This document shows, piece by piece, positions 60,982 through 64,000 of a stretch of DNA of 64,000 nucleotides; within the stretch, counting starts at the first letter, position 1; each line of letters begins with the position of its first letter. Both the position numbers and the translations under genes were made by a program. The DNA is from the human T2T-CHM13v2.0 reference genome, Homo sapiens, in assembly GCF_009914755.1 (NCBI RefSeq), contig NC_060945.1; one strand, 5' to 3'. Below the pieces are notes generated by a model, which was not told the origin of the DNA, searched no databases, and was given only the letters and a program-made list of their open reading frames with translations.

Positions 60982-61665
60982 GTACTGAGCAGTATACACC
61001 CTTTTAAAGTCAAAGTTAATATGAAACCTTTTAGTGCTGACTTCTGGAATAAGATTTGGTCTTGGTGATGTATCTCTGAATCATGAAGTATGGAAAGATA
61101 CCACAATGACTAAATATGGCACTGGTCAGTTGAGGTCTGCTGCCTACACATAGCTTGGTTATTTTGCAGTTTCTTTTTTAAAAAAGGGGAAATAATAAGT
61201 GGGATTTTTAAAATGCCAACTGAATTCCATTTAAGAGCTTGAAATACCACCAAAAAGTGGTAGCAAAACCTTATTCAGGTAGAAGCCTGTTGCTATGGAG
61301 AAGTTCCATGGGATGAGGGTGTATCGTGGAGAAAACTTACAAATATTGTGGAAGATATGTAGATAAAGGAGGAGGTTTTGTGTAAGTGTAAATGTTTTGG
61401 GAGACATTTGGATAACTTTGGAGATCACGAGAGCCCCTGGGCCATGTTTCTGTGTGTCAGAGTGTGTGGACTGCCTATAAATTTGTTGGCAAAGGGCCCT
61501 TGACTATTGGTTGGAAGGCCTCCCAGGGACAGAGCCTAGGAAATTGCAACTTTAAAGATAACACGTTCATGAATTTTCTAAAGTCCCATATTCACGTACC
61601 TAAGAAAACGTATACAAAACGATTGTGACAGGACTTAACAGCTCTGATCAACTCTCAACATTTAG

Positions 61666-61959
<294 letters not shown>

Positions 61960-62215
61960 TAGCATTCAGATCTTATCAAAGATCTTACCAAAGTCAAGAA
62001 GTCCTCTTCAGTCCTTCCTGCTGTTCTCCCTAGTTATAAAACTTTAGAAAGTCATTGCATGGAAGCTTACTAAGGATTTTAAGAAGACTATTTGTAGGCT
62101 CTTTAAGGATTTGTATGTAAAGGATGATTTTGTCAAGGGCACAGCTCTGCTCCTACGGGACTTGATATGCTGTGTGGAGGACACTGGGCCTGACCACAGT
62201 GCCAGCTCTGGCTCA

Positions 62216-62787
<572 letters not shown>

Positions 62788-62964
62788 TCATTAGCCACAC
62801 CACTGTCAGAAGAAGAAAATCTGACGTGGTCTTTCTGGATCTGATTTTGGTTTTCCATCAGAAGAATGATATTTTTAAAAATATTGGAGCATGAGACTTT
62901 TGCACAATATGATGTCCTTTAAAAGCACAGCTCTCTTTACAGCTCGGCGCTTGTTCTTTTGTAG

Positions 62965-63074
62965 GCTCAGACATAAAAGGAAATACCGTTGTGCCAGAAT
63001 CTGAAATCTCAAATTCTTATGAAGACCAGTCGTCTTATTTTTTTGAAAAATACTCCAAGGATCTTTTAGTTGAG
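62965..63074 (+). CDS. DOP1B: DOP1B exon 8; (G)[36 protein letters not shown]
   Basis: Acceptor TTTTGTAG, donor GAG|GTAAAG; 110 nt, phase 1 to 0. Confidence 0.95.
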
Positions 63075-63325
63075 GTAAAGGAGCATTTCCGGAAAGTTCA
63101 GGGTATCCTTGGTGACGATTCTCCAGTGGATTTCTTTGGGAGGCTTCCACATAGGCAGTGAGCACGTTCCTTGGCCCCTGGTTTGGGGAACTGCAGGGTA
63201 TTTGTTGCATGCTGGGTGACTGGTTTTCCTTCTGTCCCAGAGTATTTAACAATTAGAATAGCCAGTAATGTTGTTACACTTTATGATATACGATATTCTA
63301 ATATGTGGCTTTTTTTAAATAATAG

Positions 63326-63440
63326 GGTTTGGCTGAGATATTGCATCAGAAGTTCATAGATGCTGACGTGGAGGAACGCCATCATGCATACCTGAAGCCT
63401 TTTCGCGTCCTCATCAGTCTGCTTGACAAGCCAGAAATAG
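63326..63440 (+). CDS. DOP1B: DOP1B exon 9; [38 protein letters not shown](G); gene continues beyond the window
   Basis: Acceptor AATAG, donor TAG|GTAATG; 115 nt; Dopey motif [16 protein letters not shown]. Confidence 0.96.
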
Positions 63441-63626
63441 GTAATGTTAGAAATGCTGCTTCTATCCTATGCTGAATACAGATTACCTGTTTTCAGGGAA
63501 ATACAACATGGTGAGATACAACCAAAGCGTTATTTTGAATATAATTTAATATTTGGAATTTCACAACTTTGAAGTCATGTTATATGGTTCAATGATCATA
63601 TCTGTGGTCACTTACAAGTTTTGCAT

Positions 63627-63934
63627 GGCTGGGCGCAGTGGCTCATGCCTGTAATCCTAGCACTTTGGGAGGTAGAGGAAGGAAGATCACTTGAGCTCAT
63701 GGATTTGAAACCAGCCTGGGTAATATGGCTGAAAAGCCATGTTGAAAAACCCCATCTCTATAAAAAAATACAAAAAAATTAGCCAGGCGTGGTGGTGCTT
63801 CCCTGTAGTCCCAGCTACCAAGTGGCTGAGGTGGGAAGACCACCTGAGCCCAGGGGGTCGAGGCTGCAGTGAGCTGTGATTGTACCACGGCACTCCAGCC
63901 TGGGCGACAGAGTGAGACCCAGTCTGAAAAAAAA
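63627..63934 (+). mobile_element. AluJ
   Basis: TSD AAGTTTTGCA. Confidence 0.87.
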
Positions 63935-64000
63935 GTTTTGCACAATAATTTGAACATTTTTTGTTAGGAAAATACCTTTGAGCTCCTATAGTGTCTACAG

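Overview
Human (primate) genomic DNA, very Alu-rich, containing the 5' part of DOP1B (DOPEY2, Dopey/DOP1 family, chr21q22) on the + strand. A CpG-island promoter (~4550-6420) precedes a non-coding exon 1 ending at 5796. Eight coding exons follow (13586-13723, 47940-48121, 49201-49371, 57599-57788, 60437-60535, 60858-60981, 62965-63074, 63326-63440); they splice in frame (1129 nt, 376 codons, Dopey N-terminal domain) and the gene runs off the right edge. A divergent minus-strand first exon in the island is probably the lncRNA CBR3-AS1. Intron 2 holds a full-length, disabled, antisense processed RPL3 pseudogene inserted into an older L1. The rest is roughly 70 Alus plus L1, L2, MIR, MaLR/ERV1 LTRs and MER1B/MER20 DNA transposons. 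I see no convincing new gene system. The most interesting unexplained structures are a non-Alu 70-bp inverted repeat around a (CCCCT)n tract (35948-36183), a ~180-bp duplicated segment embedded inside an Alu monomer (53176-53534), a ~97-bp-period tandem array in the promoter, an ATG-TAA start-stop element 1 nt before the DOP1B start codon, and twin identical splice donors after exon 6. Repeat boundaries are approximate, and gene and subfamily names come from recognition, not from a database search.
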